A stretch of 64,000 bases of DNA from positions 255,388 through 319,387 of the forward strand of contig NMRA01000504.1 of assembly GCA_002633005.1 (NCBI GenBank), in the 5' to 3' direction. This stretch comes from Phoronis australis. Its lineage: Eukaryota; Animalia; Phoronida. Under the pieces are notes generated by a model that saw only the letters and a list, made by a program, of their open reading frames with translations, was not told the DNA's origin and made no database searches. This document shows positions 60,731 to 64,000 of this stretch, piece by piece. Each line of letters starts with the position of its first letter. Position 1 is the first letter of the stretch. Both the position numbers and the translations under genes were made by a program.

Positions 60731-61364
60731 NNNNNNNNNNNNNNNNNNNNNNNNNNNNNNNNNNNNNNNNNNNNNNNNNNNNNNNNNNNNNNNNNNNNNN
60801 NNNNNNNNNNNNNNNNNNNNNNNNNNNNNNNNNNNNNNNNNNNNNNNNNNNNNNNNNNNNNNNNNNNNNNNNNNNNNNNNNNNNNNNNNNNNNNNNNNNN
60901 NNNNNNNNNNNNNNNNNNNNNNNNNNNNNNNNNNNNNNNNNNNNNNNNNNNNNNNNNNNNNNNNNNNNNNNNNNNNNNNNNNNNNNNNNNNNNNNNNNNN
61001 NNNNNNNNNNNNNNNNNNNNNNNNNNNNNNNNNNNNNNNNNNNNNNNNNNNNNNNNNNNNNNNNNNNNNNNNNNNNNNNNNNNNNNNNNNNNNNNNNNNN
61101 NNNNNNNNNNNNNNNNNNNNNNNNNNNNNNNNNNNNNNNNNNNNNNNNNNNNNNNNNNNNNNNNNNNNNNNNNNNNNNNNNNNNNNNNNNNNNNNNNNNN
61201 NNNNNNNNNNNNNNNNNNNNNNNNNNNNNNNNNNNNNNNNNNNNNNNNNNNNNNNNNNNNNNNNNNNNNNNNNNNNNNNNNNNNNNNNNNNNNNNNNNNN
61301 NNNNNNNNNNNNNNNNNNNNNNNNNNNNNNNNNNNNNNNNNNNNNNNNNNNNNNNNNNNNNNNN
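60731..61364. other. Assembly gap (634 N)
   Basis: Run of n. Confidence 1.
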
Positions 61365-61589
61365 AGGATAGCGTCATCTCACTACTAGGTGCCTACATAC
61401 CAAATTTCATGAAAATCCGTTCAGGACTTTTGAAGATACAAAGGTAAGCGTAAAAAACTAAAATTGCCACTAGGGGGCACACCGGTAGTCGGATCCGTCC
61501 GAAAGTTCGCACATGCCGTCCCATTCATGAATGGAACATATGTGCCAAATTTCATGAACGTATGTCAAAGGGTTTTGGAGATAGAGCCG

Positions 61590-61685
61590 CGGACGCCGGA
61601 CGCCAGACGCCGGACGCCGGACGGACGCCGCCCGGACGGACGGACGGACGGACGGACGGACGGACGGACGGACGGACGGACGGAC
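61590..61685 (+). repeat. Compound microsatellite: (GGACGCC)n followed by ~13 x (CGGA)
   Basis: Read directly from the sequence. Confidence 0.95.
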
Positions 61686-64000
61686 AGAGATGACGGCATA
61701 ATGCGTCCACATATAAATATGTGGGCGCATAAAAATGGAATCCGTTATTGTAACGAAATCACCTTTTTTAAGTTTGCATCTGTATGTAAGGAGTTCGTTG
61801 GCACACTTTCATGAAATTTGGCAAATGAGTTGTGTTTTACAGAGATGACGCCACCTTCTCAATTAGGATGGGTTTAAACATTATGCACCATCTAATGACC
61901 ATTTTTATGATTCCAAAACACTACTGGAATTGCGTTGCAGTCGTGGGTGCAGTAGCTCATGTATACAGAAGGCAAGCATCGAAAATTTTTACACCATTTG
62001 AGCATTTATTGCAGTACTGCATATGTCCGAGGTTATTATTACTACAGTAGAATATTTGTGCAAGACGGAATGTTGCGATGTTGCATTTTAAAGGTACGTG
62101 TACCAAAAGATTTCAAAAGAAATTAGACAGACTTCAACAGAAGTATCCAAGACTGCCAAGTTTGGATAAATTTCTTACCAGAATTATTTTTGTCAGTTTA
62201 CGTAGTCGAACTTTTGTCAGAGTTGAATGTCGACATTGTGTCTAGTGCTTAATTATTGTATGTGAATGGTCTTGTGCAATAAGTTGTTTTTGTGGAGATT
62301 TAGCTTGAATTGGATAGGATTCTATTCGAAAAGAAATAAATATTTTATTAGCCTTGTCAAATTACGACATTGTGTAGTTTAATTTGAAAAATACTATATG
62401 CTAGCCTTTGTACCTTTACACAGTATGTTTTATGTTGTATTGTAATTTGGTGGCATGTTTGAAAAAAATAAAAGTTTAGACCTGTCCATGAAGATATTGT
62501 TAAAGCAAAGTCATATTCTTATTATTAAATATCTTAAAAAACTATCCACCAGTTTCTTTGTAACACACATCATCTCCAGACACTCCGTCCACCTGCACTA
62601 ACATGGAGAACATGTTTTTTGTGGCCCCTGAGCTTTCCAAAAAGAATGGGCCCAAATCGAGGATTTCACTTTTGTCTATGAAAGTGTCTCATTACAGGTA
62701 TTAAAATTTTCATAAAATTGAAAATGTGAAACCCCATACTGTTTTAAGTACTGGTTAAATCTGGAATTATGTAGAAGACGATTGCTAATGTGTCAGAGTA
62801 GTCCCAAGAATAGGAATTGCGTTTACAGTTTATTTTATTCTACGAGATAAAGCTTACTTCACCACTTTTTTGTAAAATAAAAAGACATTGATTCCAAGTT
62901 TGCATACTAAAGGGAACAGTATTTTGTTCTGAATTAGTTTAGCATGCAGCTTTGTACCAAGGCAAGGGCAACGGGTGGTATCCTATGTCCGCCCTCGTAG
63001 ACGACACCTTTTTCGCAGAGTTTAAACAACTAGGTGCCATATAAAAAGGCATGGGGAACTTTTTACTACACTGGCAAACAGTAAATAATAAGAATCGGTG
63101 ATACAATGATAAAACGCAATGTAAACTCTATCCACTCAATGCCCCAATATGGAGCAGAAATATGTGATAAGCAGTCGATGCCCTGTCAACCACTGACATA
63201 TCAGCCAATCAGAGATTGCTGTCAGCGTTAGTGTTTTTACAATAAAAGTGAATCAGCTTTTGTGTGGAACACAACTCGGCCAATGTGAGTTTTATTTGTA
63301 TGTTAGAACCAGTTTACTGCTGCATTATTTTTACTACAGCCATCTTTTAAACTTGGCAATGGGTAAAAATTAATCGCCTATAATTCACAGGGACAGAAAA
63401 AATTGCTCATAGCATCTTGCAATCTTTCAGAGAATTCTTACTTCACAACATTGGATTTGTAAAGGGAAAATAGAATGGCCTGCTTAAACGTGGAATCCGG
63501 AAGAAAATAATTGTTAACGTGTTTAATAAAGTCTCAAGATAAGAAAAAAGTTGTGCTTACAGCATATTGTAACCAGCGAGAGAACCTTTGGTTCATCATG
63601 TGACTTTTTATAGCTAACATACAATCATTCCAAGTTTAAGCTAGGGCGTGGCTTGCTTAAACTTGGAATTGGGTACAAAAAAGTACGAAATGCATTCAGG
63701 GGTGTTTTAAAAGTAATAGAAAATGCATTCACAATGTATTGCAACCAGTGAAATAATGTTTGGTTAACCACGTGATTTTTTGTAAGGCAGAAACTGAATT
63801 ATTCCAAGCTTAAGCGAGCCAGGCCCTTGCTTAAAGTGCCTTGGAACGTGAAAAATTGTATAAAATAAGAAAGTAAATGTTACTCATCTTGCATGAAACC
63901 TGTATCACATCGTGGCGTACAAGTTTTTTTTGTAGGTTTCGTAAATATAGTGAGTTTTAGATGAGTTTGGAGTATTTTTCTTTACGTTTGAAAGTTGGCC

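Larger units (their letters stand above)
60372..61735 (+). mobile_element. HINE-like element spanning the N gap, with (CGGA)n microsatellite and terminal hairpin
   Basis: Starts aacaagagcaacgcggagcgttgaaatgcgcccaca and ends with the hairpin atgcgtccacatat-aa-atatgtgggcgcat followed by aaaaa. Both ends match the 24723-27834 element. Continuity across the gap is assumed. Confidence 0.7.

Noticed and set aside
60532-61447. Long ORFs (242-281 aa) in the ORF track
   Set aside because: Artefacts of translating through the N gap; the same applies to the ORFs at 14514-14869.
61464-61814. ORFs with RTDG/VRPS repeats
   Set aside because: Translation of the (CGGA)n microsatellite in a non-autonomous element.

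Overview
AT-rich, intron-rich animal genomic DNA from a draft assembly (N gaps at 14587-14641 and 60731-61364, plus isolated n). It is probably a marine invertebrate, which is inferred from the protein sequences and repeat types. Three protein-coding genes were reconstructed by hand. (1) LMBR1/LMBR1L-family gene on the - strand: coding exons 1-7 lie at 12848 down to 292 and the gene continues off the left edge. (2) A single-coding-exon cytochrome-b5-fusion desaturase on the + strand (31414-32754). It resembles sphingolipid delta-8 desaturases but has HIEHH instead of the canonical QIEHH third His box. (3) A complete 7-exon MRPL45 on the - strand (54575 down to 37246, 329 aa). The rest is intron or intergenic sequence containing LINE remnants, Helentron-type (HINE-like) elements with internal tandem arrays, an Academ-like remnant, and four CA...TG/TA-ended DNA elements with 5-bp TSDs. 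Two of these four form a >2 kb inverted repeat in MRPL45 intron 1. Most notable are the desaturase His-box variant, an LMBR1 start region with a uORF-ATGA overlap and a GTG at the conserved Met position, and the intronic inverted transposon pair. No rRNA, tRNA or CRISPR array was recognised. All alignments and family comparisons were made by eye or from recall, not computed.
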